A stretch of DNA of 63,387 nt, filler included, from Octopus bimaculoides (GCF_001194135.2; 5 parts of 5 records of this genome joined end to end with filler, not necessarily neighbours in it), one strand, 5' to 3'. Positions 25,440 through 39,587 are shown, counted from the first letter of the whole stretch. Program-made: numbers and translations. The notes: generated by a model not told the origin, from the sequence alone.

Positions 25440-26400
25440 AGTTGGTTGATTTTCTCTGAAAATCCAAACATATCCAGATTGACACTTAAGCATTTACTTA
25501 CAAAACTAAGTGCATCAATTACTATTGGTATAAGTGTGAATTTATTATCTGGATATAGAAGCTGAAAGTTTCGAAGCAGTTGTCCATATTTATCCTCTTA
25601 CTCTTTGATTTTCAAAGAGATATTCTCACCAGTAGGACAGCTGATCTCTATGACGGTACATACTTTTACTTGTCTGTCTCTAACAACAATTTCCGGCCTT
25701 TTATGCTTACACTTGACAGATATTTTGATGGGGTTCCACTAGTACTCCTTGTGTTGATCTTTGTGAATGTATTCAATAACAAGGGCACTATATATTTATT
25801 CCAATATAATCTTTTTGCCGAATGAGATTGTATATCGTTTTTCCGTCAACGTTAGGAGATAATCACATGTGTGATGTCTTCCATAGAAATATAACATAAT
25901 CAACATTTTCGGTTGCATTTTGGAGCTCCAAGGGTTTCAATGTCTGTTATGTTATTTGGTATTTCGTTGCAAAATCTTGGATTGCAAATCCTTTGAAATG
26001 TGATATAGCGTTCACAATTCTAAGAGAGGCTGCGCTTCATGCCGATATTACTGTCTCCTTCAAGTCTTTGGGAAACATGTACACGCATAATCTTTTTTCT
26101 TTGGTATGCTGAGCGTTTTACATCTAGGTCTTATTTGAGGTATGCTAGTCTGGCTGGTTTGGGCTTGTATGGGAGATCATCAGAAAGAGAATGCTTCCTG
26201 AGGAGTTCGCTGCCGACATGTTGGATATTGTTCTTTTCACTTTTTAGCACTAAGTTAATGTATTTATTTTGTTGTTGCTGTTTAACAAGTGCTGTCTGAG
26301 AGAAACTATATGACTTTCGAAGGCTGTCTGCAGTGATCTCAAGCCTCTACTTTCTTCAGCTCTTCTTAGGAAGAGTCTGTCGTTGTATGTATATAAGCAA
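25440..26400 (-). mobile_element. R4/Dong-like LINE, C-terminal zinc-finger and restriction-like endonuclease region (decayed)
   Basis: ..KHKRPEIVVRDRQVKVCTVIEISCPTGENISLKIKE*EDKYGQLLRNFQ.. matches the RPD-x-D/E-x-K RLE pattern. Confidence 0.75.
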
Positions 26401-27129
26401 ATATGGGAGGTCAGTTGGGAGAGGAAACAAGTAAAGGAAGGAGTGGGTGTTTTCGAAAAAGTACGCATTTTTCATGCAGAATTTAAGCGGGCTGCCCCAA
26501 AACGCACCGTTGGTGTAGTGAATGGGGGGAAGCTTGGTTTGCATTATCTGCGGATATGTATGTTCATCAAGGGCTGGGTTAATTAGTCGTCAGTAGAGCC
26601 AAGAGTGTAAAGTATAAATTTGTCGGAGTGCACAACGTTTTTAATAATCAATGATGGCCTTCCACGGTCACGAGAGGGCAGCCATTATATGTGTATGTGT
26701 GTATGTATATATGTATGTTGTATGTATATGCGTATGTGTGTATGTAGGTGTGTGTGTGTGTGTGTGCGTGCTATTGTATAAAGGTACAAACGAAAGAAAA
26801 GAGCGCGCACCGCATCGTATAAAGTTTATATGCATTTGAGTTAACGATTTGTTGCAGGATCATATTACTTCAAGTTTTCGCAGAAGTCACAAATACATTT
26901 TCAATCGACTGAATTACTGCTTTTGATCTACAAAGCTTTTACAGCTTCTAGATAAGGTTGATTATCATTGGATGATGAGCAAGACTCATTCTTGTTAGCC
27001 AATGCTAATGCGTTTTACCTCGAAGCCGTAAAAGCCTCGTCACTCAGAAGTAGGAATCCGAACAATCAGGAGTGCTTTTCTCACTTTGAAAATTACAATA
27101 ATGTGCGCGCGTGTATGTGCGTGTGTTTC

Positions 27130-27166
<37 letters not shown>

Positions 27167-27177
27167 GTCCGTCTGTT

Positions 27178-27208
<31 letters not shown>

Positions 27209-27221
27209 TTGTCTGTCTGTT

Positions 27222-27302
<81 letters not shown>
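27130..27302. repeat. (CT)n-(CTGT)n compound microsatellite
   Basis: Directly visible. Confidence 0.95.
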
Positions 27303-27944
27303 NNNNNNNNNNNNNNNNNNNNNNNNNNNNNNNNNNNNNNNNNNNNNNNNNNNNNNNNNNNNNNNNNNNNNNNNNNNNNNNNNNNNNNNNNNNNNNNNNN
27401 NNNNNNNNNNNNNNNNNNNNNNNNNNNNNNNNNNNNNNNNNNNNNNNNNNNNNNNNNNNNNNNNNNNNNNNNNNNNNNNNNNNNNNNNNNNNNNNNNNNN
27501 NNNNNNNNNNNNNNNNNCACACACACACACACACACACGAATAAAGAAAAACATAGGATAATCTTTAATTTTTAAAAAAGAACACCATTATTTCAGCAAC
27601 GAAAAGACAAATACTCTGTTTTAGGCCTTTAGAATTGGCTATTGTAGCTTCTTATTCGATAAGGATTAAAATATTTTATATAATTTCGCGAAATCTCGAT
27701 GATTTACTGCTAACAATTTCAGGCAGAAATCCATCCATTGATGATTTTGATTTTAAAGATATATTACTGCCAACTTTGTAAAAGCAAAATCTACAATTAA
27801 TAAGAAAAAAAAAATAACCATAAAGAAATATAGTCAGTATTGAAGTTGTGTATAATCGAAGCTTTGACAATTCATTCCAGAAAATAACTATACGAAAGTA
27901 AATGAAGTACAGAAAATATTTGTGAAATAAATGTAATATAATGG

Positions 27945-28368
27945 TTTCAAATTTTGCCACAAGGGCAGCGATTTGGGTAGGGGATGAATCAATTACATCG
28001 ACCTCAGTGTTCAACTGGTACTTATTTTATCGACTCCGAAAGCATAAAAGGTAAAGTCAACCTCAGCGGAATTTGAACTTAGAACGTAGCGACAGGCGAA
28101 ACACCACTAAGCATTTCATCCAGCGCGCCAACGATTCTAATTTCTTTATTGCCCACAAGCGGCTAAACATAGAGGGGACAAACAAAGGCAGACAAAGGGA
28201 TTAAGTCGATTACATCGACCCCAGTGCGTAACTGGTACTTAATTTATCGACCCCGAAAGGTTGACAGGCAAAGTCGACCTCGGCGGAATTTGAACTCAGA
28301 ACGTATCGGCAGACGAAATACCGCTAAGCATTTCGCCAGCGTGCTAGCGTTTCTGCCAGCTCGCCGCT
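27945..28368 (-). mobile_element. Two tandem SINE family B copies
   Basis: Reverse complement of the 21476-21690 family (GTCGACCTCGGCGGAATTTGAACTCAGAACG..CAGCTCGCCGC). Confidence 0.85.
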
Positions 28369-29639
28369 TTTTAAATGTAATATAATAATGGAACTCGTAT
28401 TTACGGAGGGAAAAAAATTGATCAATGAATATTATTGTTAAACGTGATGATCTAAAAATCTATCCCACACTAAGAATGACACTCAAAGAATAATTAAATA
28501 AATATATATACAACAGGATTTAAGAAATGTATTATCTATCAAAAGAAGTCTAATATATCGGATATATCATATAAAAAGAGGTAGAAAAATAACGTATTTC
28601 ACTATATACAAACTAAAATGTAAAGAAGGTGCTTTCGACAAAATAACTGATGCTGTAATACGTATAATGTTATAAAAATTCAGTTAATGTTATAAAATTC
28701 AGTGTAATGGTTAATACCCACACTACAAAACATAATACACATTAGTACATCAACACGTTTAAAAACAGAAAGAAAAGTTTTAAAAAAGCATTATAAGAAA
28801 ATATGAATATATAGTTCAAATATACGAAAAAAATGTAAGTTATGATTGCGTCTATTATATATACAGAGGCCTTGATCTATATCTACATAAAATATATAGA
28901 ACATCAAAGCATCTCTATTCATAGATATATTTACAATTCACAGAAATAATTCATACCAGCTATGGCGATATCAACCAAAATCATTCCATGCTAACTTGTA
29001 TTCTCCATTTTGAAAATATGATATTTTTTTACTACTATAAAAAAAATATTCACGTATAATTTAAAATGTAAAAACAAGCGTGTTCGTAAAGGACCTCACG
29101 AAACTCTTAATTATTAAAATAATCGAAACATCACAGAAATTTATAAAATAGTCAAAATACGAAAGTATGCTGATAGATATAAAACCTGGGGTATATAAAG
29201 ATATACACTTGCGTGAATGCAAGACCAAAGAGATTTACATACATATTTCAACCTTCTCTACTATTATTGCTCAAAGCATGATAGGCTTTGCAGTCCATTG
29301 CTATCATGCTGAACACCAGATTATATAAGATGTCATGCTTTGGAGATCTCCGCACCCTAGCAGAGCACGGATACCACTCAATTACATTGATGTTTTTGGT
29401 AAGAAACGGAACATGAAAATGAGGAACCATCATAGCTAATGGGAGACAGACATTCCAAGTACGGTGTGTTGAAACGCATTTTAAAGAAGGAAGCAGAAAC
29501 TGTTCAGTCTCATCTCACTCAGAAGAGATTTTTTTATCTAACACTTTTATTTGCTCTATGAATGTACATCTTGTATGCTTTTATAGTAAGGAATATCAAA
29601 TCAACCTTAGTACTTGAATGGTACTATATTTATAACCGA

Positions 29640-30110
29640 CTCCGGCAAATGTATGAAATGTCAGGTTGATGACAACTGTAGAAGACATGTTGGAAAACAT
29701 TACTTTTCAGAATGATGAGATGAGAGAAATTCTGATATTAAAATGAACTTTGATGACAGCATCTCCAATCAATCAGCGAAGCAACCAATCAGTCAACCAC
29801 TCAGAAATACTGTTAGCGAACACATGTATCTCCCATGATGGAATCAAATTATTTTCTTACAATCTGCCAACTTCAAATATACTGTAAGAAAATATACACC
29901 GTCTTACAATATCAATTCATTTAAGATATTCTTACGTGGAAGTAAATCAAAGCTTCTCACAGAACACTGGCATATTGAGTGACTGAAATTATGTTGGAAC
30001 ACATGTATTAAAACGAAAGATCTGGAGCCCGTAAAAGTGAAATTTGTTTTGATACAACTACAAGCTTGTATATATGTATAAGCATGCTTTCGTGCATGGC
30101 GCTTATCAAA
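29640..30110 (+). mobile_element. Possible piggyBac-like C-terminal remnant
   Basis: Only a weak Cys-rich tail remnant (..SGARK..; ..ACFRAW), heavily frameshifted. Confidence 0.25.
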
Positions 30111-30303
30111 GTCTTGGCCCCTAAGTCACTATCTAACTTCTGTTAATCAGCAACCCAAAATAAAAAGTATGTATATATTCTAATATATTGAGTTTTATAT
30201 ATTCTGTTTGTTCTACCAAACACACACACACACACACACGTGCACTCGAACGTGTTGAACATGAATTTACATGAATATAGATTTAATTCAACGCTGCTTT
30301 ATA

Positions 30304-30347
<44 letters not shown>

Positions 30348-30370
30348 ATGCATACTCGCATGCATATACA

Positions 30371-30462
<92 letters not shown>

Positions 30463-33060
30463 GAGAATGGAGCAACAAATACAAGAAGCAATTCTAATAC
30501 TAGATAAGTACATCCCTACGCTAAAAAGTAGACTCTCCCTCGAATTATGGTCTGACACATACGAAGCCCTAAACTGGTTCTCCAAAATGCAGAATACTAG
30601 TAACTACAAATTCATACAGATAGACATAGTAGACTACTACTCCTCAATTAACCCCACGATATTAAATAGTGCCCTAATATTTGCCAAAAATAACTCACAG
30701 CTAACTAGGAAAGAAATTAATGTAATACTTGAAGCTAGAAAATCTATTATAAGTTTTGATAATAAGCTCTGGGTCCGTAAAGACTCCCCAAACTCCTTCG
30801 ATATCACTATGGGAGCCCCGGATTCAGCTCAGATAAGTGACTTAGTGGGAATTTATCTGCTCTCCTACATACAGGAGGAATACCCAGACCTAGAAGGTGG
30901 ATTATACAGGGACGACGCACTATTCGTATTTAAAAATCCCTCGAATAGGAAACTAGAGCTCATTAAGAAAAACTTACATAAATTCTTCAAAANNNNNNNN
31001 NNAATCCAATAACCATAAAAAAGACCCAACTATACGGAATCTAAACGCTAGAAACACATACACTATTAACACACCAAACACCGCCGGAAACCACACTAAC
31101 GATATGAATGACAGATAAACATAACACATGTAATAGAAATACAAAACATCCCAAAGCCAAACCACATAACACCAAAAATACCAACAACAGTGTAAACACC
31201 AATACCAACAATATTAATAGGACGATTAAGGCTAATAACAAGACGAAGCAGAAATGCAATAATCACCTGAACAAAACCAATATTAAGCAATACAACGATA
31301 AGTTTAGCATAAATTACAGGGAGACCCAGCAGACTAAAAGAAACCATATATCGTGCCCACAAATACCTAACAATACTAACAAGGAAAAAAAATGAAAAGA
31401 CACATATCAAAAATAAACCTAACTATAGAAATAAATTAGATAGCCGTAAAGAAAAATTCACCAGCCTTCCCAGTTATGATGGCAGGTTCTATACCAGATA
31501 TGGCCATNNNNNNNNNNNNNNNNNNNNNNNNNNNNNNNNNNNNNNNNNNNNNNNNNNNNNNNNNNNNNNNNNNNNNNNNNNNNNNNNNNNNNNNNNNNNN
31601 NNNNNNNNNNNNNNNNNNNNNNNNNNNNNNNNNNNNNNNNNNNNNNNNNNNNNNNNNNNNNNNNNNNNNNNNNNNNNNNNNNNNNNNNNNNNNNNNNNNN
31701 NNNNNNNNNNNNNNNNNNNNNNNNNNNNNNNNNNNNNNNNNNNNNNNNNNNNNNNNNNNNNNNNNNNNNNNNNNNNNNNNNNNNNNNNNNNNNNNNNNNN
31801 NNNNNNNNNNNNNNNNNNNNNNNNNNNNNNNNNNNNNNNNNNNNNNNNNNNNNNNNNNNNNNNNNNNNNNNNNNNNNACCATAATAGCATCTATTAATAA
31901 TAAGAAATTAGACGCATTCTATACAGCTAGAAACACCATGAACAACCAAATCAACAACCCTCCAAATAATAGAACTAACTCCAACCCTAATCCAACACCC
32001 CTTACTAGGAGGGACGCACACCAAAAAAACAATAGGGCCACACAACAACACACAGACATAGACACCCCTTACAACCTATGTGGCTGTAGAGATAGGAATA
32101 AATGTAATTTCTCCAATAGATGCAAGACCGAAAATATAGTTTACCAATGTGACGTACAAACAAACAGCCACACTAGATCTTACATAGGTGAGACGAAAAA
32201 TCAAATACGCCTTAGATATAATGAGCACCTATCCAGTTTTAAAAATAGAAATAAGGCAAATTCAACATGACTTAGTAGGTATATCTGGGAATTAAATGAC
32301 AATAAGATAGAATATAAACTAAAGTGGCACATACTAAAAGTAGCTAATTCCTATAACCCAACTAACAAACACTGTCAACTCTGTTTAACTGAGCGCCTCG
32401 AGATCCTAACGGCTAAGAATGACCTATAAAACAGGAGATATGAATCTAGCCTAATCTGTCTTCACGCTACCAAATACTCATTCTCTAAGTATAATTAAAT
32501 ATATAATACATTACACTTCCTAAGTAAAACTAAATATGCATAAAAGAATTTTCCTTCTAAGTATAATTAATTATAATTAGTTACAAATAAGACCAGAGTT
32601 AGCCCCCTTTTCACCTAAATTTAGGGTTGCTTCCCTGTACTAACACCGCCGGTGCTATAAATATACGACGCATCCCTCAATCATAAAATCACGTGGAGAT
32701 GCATTTGATTAAAATCGGAATAACGAGCTTAAATAGCACCCATCCTACATCCCCTTACAGTAAGACCAACACAACTTCAACTAAAACGTAAGGCTTTCTT
32801 TACCTATCACTATTATTATACCACCATATACATTAATATATCCACTAATCACTTCTCCTACATCTCTCACACCATGAAATCTTAACATACTCCTCAACAT
32901 TCTGAAGAGATCTGCCAAACCATTGGCCAGATTAAAACGTGCGTAAATGACTATTACATAACCTCCACAATGACTCACTACATAACCTCCACATAATAAA
33001 GCAATGGCTAACTAGCCCAACAGAATTGCTTCTTGTATTTATTGCTCCATTCTCCACATA
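30463..33060 (+). mobile_element. Penelope-like retroelement (RT + C-terminal GIY-YIG), Naiad-type motifs, near full 3' portion
   Basis: RT: [37 protein letters not shown]: CGCRDRNKC..C..NIVYQC..YIGETK..RYNEH..CQLCLTE. Contains stops at 32268 (TGA) and 32427 (TAA). Confidence 0.9.
32898..32949 (+). ncRNA. Degenerate minimal type-I hammerhead ribozyme in the PLE 3' region
   Basis: CATT / CTGAAGA / GATCTGCC-loop-GGCCAGATT / AAAAC-GTGC-GTA / AATG. Stem I CATT:AATG pairs; the expected CGAAA reads TAAAA. Confidence 0.6.
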
Positions 33061-33369
33061 AATATAATTATAAACTACGGTTTAAACAATAAATTACCTG
33101 CCTCTGGATGCCCTCTAACCAAGACGGTACCCGCACAGGTGATTCCCAGGAGTGCCTCCGGATTTAAACATCCCTTGGTTGCTTGGATGCTTCAGACTAC
33201 CCCTGAAGGATTGAGGCAAGCCTATCATTTACCTATATNNNNNNNNNNNNNNNNNNNNNNNNNNNNNNNNNNNNNNNNNNNNNNNNNNNNNNNNNNNNNN
33301 NNNNNNNNNNNNNNNNNNNNNNNNNNNNNNNNNNNNNNNNNNNNNNNNNNNNNNNNNNNNATATATATA

Positions 33370-34200
33370 TATGGAGAGCAATTGTATTGCATGCAAGATG
33401 AACCCACAGGTTAACTGTAAGGTTAAGAATATAGTGTATAACTTACGATTTACTGAGGGACAGTGCAGAAACATGACTACTACTTACATTGAAGAAACTC
33501 CATGTAGCATAGGAGAGCGTATAGGTGAACACTGGCGAGAACTCAAAGAAGAGAAAGGCTCGTCAGTGCTCTACTAACATGCTCAAGCAGAACGCAGAGG
33601 CTCGGTTAATAGCATAGAAGTTAAGGTTATTATCAACGCATAGAACTGACACGACACTTAGATCACAGAAGCTACACACATAGCAATAGACAGACCAATC
33701 CTCAACAGAAAACACGAATGGAACAATAACACCCATCATCACACCACACAACATGACGACTAAAGACAGAAGGGAGAGTACAAAAAAAGACCAGAATCAA
33801 ACACTGTAATACACACACAATAGACAAATATACACATATCTACGATAAACATAAGAGATAGATAAAAAAAATTGTATAAAGAGCACGGATACAAACAACA
33901 TAGGAAGCGAACCCATATACACACGCAATAACTTCACAAACGGCCGCAACATGATCAACAACAAGATCAATAACGTTGGTGCTACTTAGCGCACCTAAGA
34001 AAATCACACACCCCACCCCACACACACACAAACACAGATGCAAACGCATGCACATATAAGGACACGCATCATAAAAGAACAGAATGGAATAAGTGGAGCA
34101 AGAGCACACACGAAGACGGAAAGCGTTGCTGAAGAGGTCACAGATGTGTGACGAAAGATCTCCGGACAATGGACATGAGTTAGAATAAGAACAGTAATAA
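33370..34200 (+). mobile_element. Second Penelope-like element: GIY-YIG fragment and 3' region
   Basis: CIACKM..NCKVKNIVYNLR..TYIEETPCSIGERIGEHW..ITEATHIAIDRPILNRK. Confidence 0.75.
34124..34167 (+). ncRNA. Minimal hammerhead ribozyme motif (core intact, stem I decayed)
   Basis: CTGAAGA-G / GTCAC-AGATGT-GTGAC / GAAA-GATC-TC; palindromic AGATCT stem III, CUC triplet. Confidence 0.55.
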
Positions 34201-34288
34201 ACGAGTGAAGAGCGAATATATAGTGCCTGTGTATATTTGGCAAAAGAAAAAGGAAATAACCATCCCGAAATAGAACAATATATATATA

Positions 34289-34336
<48 letters not shown>

Positions 34337-34837
34337 CATACACTTTGTGTGTGTGTGTGTATGTGTGTGTGAGTGAATGAATGTTTGTACGAATGTATTT
34401 ATGTATATTTGATCTATCTAAAAAATACTGGTGCATGGACACACTTCCCATGAGAAGTCGAATTTTTATAATTCAACTGTTTTAAGGTTAAACATTTTGT
34501 AAAAAAAATATAGAAACGGTCATTTACTTTTATTTTATTAAATCGTACTTCTGCTTAATAAATTTACGAGCACGTTTTTCAAGTCATTCAAGCAAAGTTT
34601 TGGGTTTTTCTAAAACCTGAGATTATACTTTTTAGTTTGTAGTATATCAAGATAACTCTTGTAAATGTATCATTTGAGAAATAGAGCCAGACAATCTTAA
34701 AAAAGTGAGAACCGGCTCATTGAACAATGTCGTCCTTGATATACAAAAAACATAGAGTGGTCATGACAGGAACCACAGCATGAGATCGAACATGGGTGTC
34801 TTAGAACTTATTGATTATGATCTCGAAATATTTAAAG

Positions 34838-35140
34838 TATGGCTCAGTAGTTAGAGCATCGAGTTCACAATAATTAGGTAGTAAGTTCGATTCCCGGACG
34901 TGAGAAGATAGTCCCGAGAAAGTATGCTCCTTCTAGATATGTGTGAAAACATAACATGGCTGTGAATTACGCCATTAGAACATAAGACACATGCGTTTCG
35001 GAATCGTTTAGCTGCATCAGCTACAAACATCAAATCTGTCAATCACAGTCCAGTGGGAACGAAATTATTCTTGTGTGTTCACACATATCTAACAGGAAAA
35101 TTTTCTCACAGGATCATCTCTGCAACAGAAGGTCTTCTTA
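34838..35140 (+). mobile_element. tRNA-headed SINE-like repeat (decayed)
   Basis: TGGCTCAGTAGTTAGAGCA A-box-like and GTTCGATTCCC B-box-like motifs; no intact cloverleaf. Confidence 0.45.
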
Positions 35141-35542
35141 CATATGAGGGCATTCAAATCAGGTGAATATTTCGTTACACGAATATATTTCATTCAACGC
35201 TGCTTCGTGCGAGATTATTAATTTAATCCAAGCAAGAGCAAGGTTTACGCTCATCGGAATGCATACAGTATGCTGTTTTAATAAGAATAATTTCGTTCTT
35301 ATCGGGCTTGAAAATTATTTGACGTTCGTAGCTGACAAGGTGGAACGACACAGAAGTGCAAGTAACCTACAATCCAATGGCGTCGTTCACACCATATCTT
35401 GTTTTCACATACGTCTAAAAAAGAATTTTCTCTCGAGACTATTTCCGCAGCGGAAAGTCTTCTCAGGTACTAATGAACACGAAAGTGTTTAGTATGGGCT
35501 TTATAGGAATGCGCGCGCGCGTGCATATACGTAAATACACTT

Positions 35543-35604
<62 letters not shown>

Positions 35605-36205
35605 NNNNNNNNNNNNNNNNNNNNNNNNNNNNNNNNNNNNNNNNNNNNNNNNNNNNNNNNNNNNNNNNNNNNNNNNNNNNNNNNNNNNNNNNNNNNNNNN
35701 NNNNNNNNNNNNNNNNNNNNNNNNNNNNNNNNNNNNNNNNNNNNNNNNNNNNNNNNNNNNNNNNNNNNNNNNNNNNNNNNNNNNNNNNNNNNNNNNNNNN
35801 NNNNNNNNNNNNNNNNNNNNNNNNNNNNNNNNNNNNNNNNNNNNNNNNNNNNNNNNNNNNNNNNNNNNNNNNNNNNNNNNNNNNNNNNNNNNNNNNNNNN
35901 NNNNNNNNNNNNNNNNNNNNNNNNNNNNNNNNNNNNNNNNNNNNNNNNNNNNNNNNNNNNNNNNNNNNNNNNNNNNNNNNNNNNNNNNNNNNNNNNNNNN
36001 NNNNNNNNNNNNNNNNNNNNNNNNNNNNNNNNNNNNNNNNNNNNNNNNNNNNNNNNNNNNNNNNNNNNNNNNNNNNNNNNNNNNNNNNNNNNNNNNNNNN
36101 NNNNNNNNNNNNNNNNNNNNNNNNNNNNNNNNNNNNNNNNNNNNNNNNNNNNNNNNNNNNNNNNNNNNNNNNNNNNNNNNNNNNNNNNNNNNNNNNNNNN
36201 NNNNN

Positions 36206-36245
<40 letters not shown>

Positions 36246-36288
36246 ACACACACACACTCACACACACACACACACATATATATATGTA

Positions 36289-37479
36289 CAGGGTGTAACA
36301 GGCAAATTGGGATCATTTGCATATCGTACGGAAAAATCAAATGCTGCAAGTTTTATTGTGGAGTGTTTAGCACTTTTTTCAATTCAGTTTGACCGTCATT
36401 TGCTTTCTTTACTAGTTCAATCTGTTTACTAAATTATGCATATGCCTTAGCTATTTCTTCCTTTTTCATTTTACTGAATGCTCGGTTGATCGAAGCCTTC
36501 AGTGAAGACACACAAATGTGAGAAATTGCGTTGGATATTGCTTCAGCTCTACCTCATAGCCAAAACTCACACGGATTTAAATCCGACGACCTAGGAGGCC
36601 AGATATCTTGAGGGACAAACATAGGCAATTCTTTCTTCAAAAATTCTTACACTCTTTTCGAAGAATGGGCTTGCGCAGAGTTCTGTAGAAACATGACTCG
36701 ACTTACATCATAATGCTTCTTAATCCAAGGCAACAAAACTTCTAAGATTTTGAGATACTCTGCTGTGTTGATTTTAAGAACCGCTTCAATAAAATGAGGT
36801 GGCATCAATTTCCCATCACTTACAACAGCTCCAATGACCATAATGGAAGCCGGATTCGTGAGTTTTGGCGGTTTGCAGCTTCGTCCATCATGAACTTCTT
36901 TTCATCCACGAAGATGCTGACGTCTCCGCCACGATGTTTCAGATGACTAAGAAGTTTGGGACTTCTTTCAGCTCGAATGGCTTTGGAGCGGGTAGTTTGG
37001 ATGTTACAGTGTCTCTTCACGTACGGCTTCATATGGAGGTCTTGTGCCACAGCCCTAGAAACGGTCATTTTACTGATTCCTCGATCTTGAGGCATCAATT
37101 TTGATGGGTTCGTCCCAATCAATCTTTCAAGTCCTGTTAAGAAGCGAGGTGTGGATTTTCGGTCTCTACGAGGATTGTGGGGCTTTCTCTGAACATCCCG
37201 ACTTTTCTTCAAATTGGTTACAACTCTAAAAACAGTAGATTTGGCATACTTTGTGGATCTATCAATCTGCCCAGCACTTTTGCTGGCGTGGAATAATTCG
37301 GCAATTACATTTCTACGGTTTAATTCTTTATTAGCATTCATAGTTTTTTCTCAATCTGAAATACAAAATAGTACAAGTGATTATTCAAGCTGGTAATATT
37401 TAAAATTTAGACTCCAACAATCTATACAATTAGAAATATACCCATTTGAAATTTGCCCCAATTTACCTGTTACACCCTG
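36289..37479 (-). mobile_element. Complete DD37D (maT-type) Tc1/mariner element, inactivated
   Basis: TA+CAGGGTGTAACAGGCAAATTGGG and CCCAATTTACCTGTTACACCCTG+TA TIRs; 37 residues between the second (FLQN) and third (LNPCE) catalytic positions; stops and frameshifts. Confidence 0.9.
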
Positions 37480-38343
37480 TACACATACATACATACATGT
37501 ATATATATNNNNNNNNNNNNNNNNNNNNNNNNNNNNNNNNNNNNNNNNNNNNNNNNNNNNNNNNNNNNNNNNNNNNNNNNNNNNNNNNNNNNNNNNNNNN
37601 NNNNNNNNNNNNNNNNNNNNNNNNNNNNNNNNNNNNNNNNNNNATATATATGACTGTTTCAATGAAGTCGCGTATTGTCCTTGCCTTCGAAACGCAGAAT
37701 AGATGGAACAGGGACAACTGATGAAGAGATATACTCTTTATGTAGAATGTCTCGTTTCTCTGTTTTTTTTTATTGTTCGAAAAAAGTTCGCTTTCTGTTT
37801 TCGTTTTTATGTTTCGTTTCTCATTGTGTTTAACGTTTTTTTAATGCCCTGTATCCATATATGCACGTATGTATACATATAGATGTAGGTATATACATAT
37901 ATGCATGGCTGTATGCATATATCTATATTATTTATATTATATATATATATGTATACACATACATGCACACAAATGTAGATATATGTGTGTGTGTGTATAT
38001 CCAGAGAAACAGGTAGACAGACAAAAAGACAAACGAACAGACAGACAGACAGACAAACAGATTGGCAGAGGGAGATGCAGACTGATAGACAGATAATGTT
38101 CGATAAATTTATGATAAATGAACGTTTAACTGTCACCAAAATTTTGGAATATTGCTTCCTTTGTGACAGCGTCTGCAATATAATAGTGGGGACATAATCG
38201 TCTGCCAGCAGTTCTTTCTCGTTATTTTCAATAGATATAAATGTGTAGCATTTAATTTCATTTTACACCAACGTGTGTGTGCGTGGGCGTGCGTATCTGT
38301 ATGTAAGTGTATGTACATATATATATATATATAATTGTGTGTG

Positions 38344-38403
<60 letters not shown>

Positions 38404-39587
38404 TTAGCGTTACTAAAAGTTTCACCGATGTAAAAGCACGTCTAATCTTCCAGAAGCTTCAATAGTGAGTTGCAAAACGGTCACGGCTTCTAAATAATTT
38501 TGGCTGTCGTTATTTTGAAGCCATGGCCGCCTCAACATTCAGACGTGCTTTTGCGTTTATAAAATAATTCATATTGTAAATGTGAGTTAAATTTTTATTA
38601 CATGCATACATACTATTGAGAAATCTGCAGTTACTCTATCCAGATAACAAGTTCAGGTCTATATCTATAATTACTGGGGCACTGCGATATGTAACACACT
38701 ACCTAAATATCAATCTTGAGAAATGAAGCTTCTCAAAACCAGAAAGTAGAAAAGTGATTCGAAGACAACAGATCCAATCCATTACTGGAACTGTAAAAGT
38801 CTAAAACTTTTCAGAAGTTTATCATTTAAGTATATATGAGCATGTCTAGATATGCAAGTATATGCATGAGAAGACATACATAAAACAAAAGATACAAATC
38901 TGCACGTATTCATACATATATACCCGGTTGATTTTGCAATTCCAATGAAGGAGACTTGGATCTAGGTTAGAAACCGGCTCTTTCTCTATTGGCAAGAAAT
39001 CTTGAAATAAAGCTGAATAATGACATACATAGATACATACATGCATACAGACATGGTGGCTGTAGACTCGTAAACGAGTATGATCATAACTGACAAATTA
39101 TCTTATCCTAGATGTTAAAGAAAATGGCTGTCAGCAATGCCTGTGATGAAATTTAAAGTAAATAACAACTTGCACAATACCGCTTTGACTATCATCAACA
39201 ATGCCAAGTAGTCCAGAAACAGGCATGAGCAAGATCTCCAGCTGCACAACGAGACGTACTATTTCGGAATTTCTTTCTTCTAGAGAGATGTCTAAGTAAA
39301 GGCAAGGAACCTCTCACTCCCAGCTGTTGGATGACCGCTGATTCTATAGACTTCATCCGTCCTGCAGGATGTCTAACAGAAAAGAAAAAAAAAACTCTAC
39401 TTAGCAAACAGGCTTGGTAGGGCTGCCGGTTTAGAAGTCATCAGCCCGACGAGGTGACATGTTGCACCGGGTTACATGTTACCAGTAATACACAGTGATA
39501 TGATGTACATACATACGTACATGCGTATATACATACATATATACATGCATACATACATACATACATACATAAAGACANNNNNNNNNN

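Noticed and set aside
32499-33060. SECIS element downstream of the PLE ORF
   Set aside because: No AUGA/GA quartet with a paired upper stem and apical AA could be found by eye.
33195-33232. CCCTGAAGGA-TTGAGGC-AA-GCCT partial hammerhead-like motif
   Set aside because: No GAAA and truncated by a gap.
38432-38552. 12-bp inverted repeat AAAAGCACGTCT / AGACGTGCTTTT
   Set aside because: Probably the remnant of a small MITE, but no TSD or second copy in the window to support a call.
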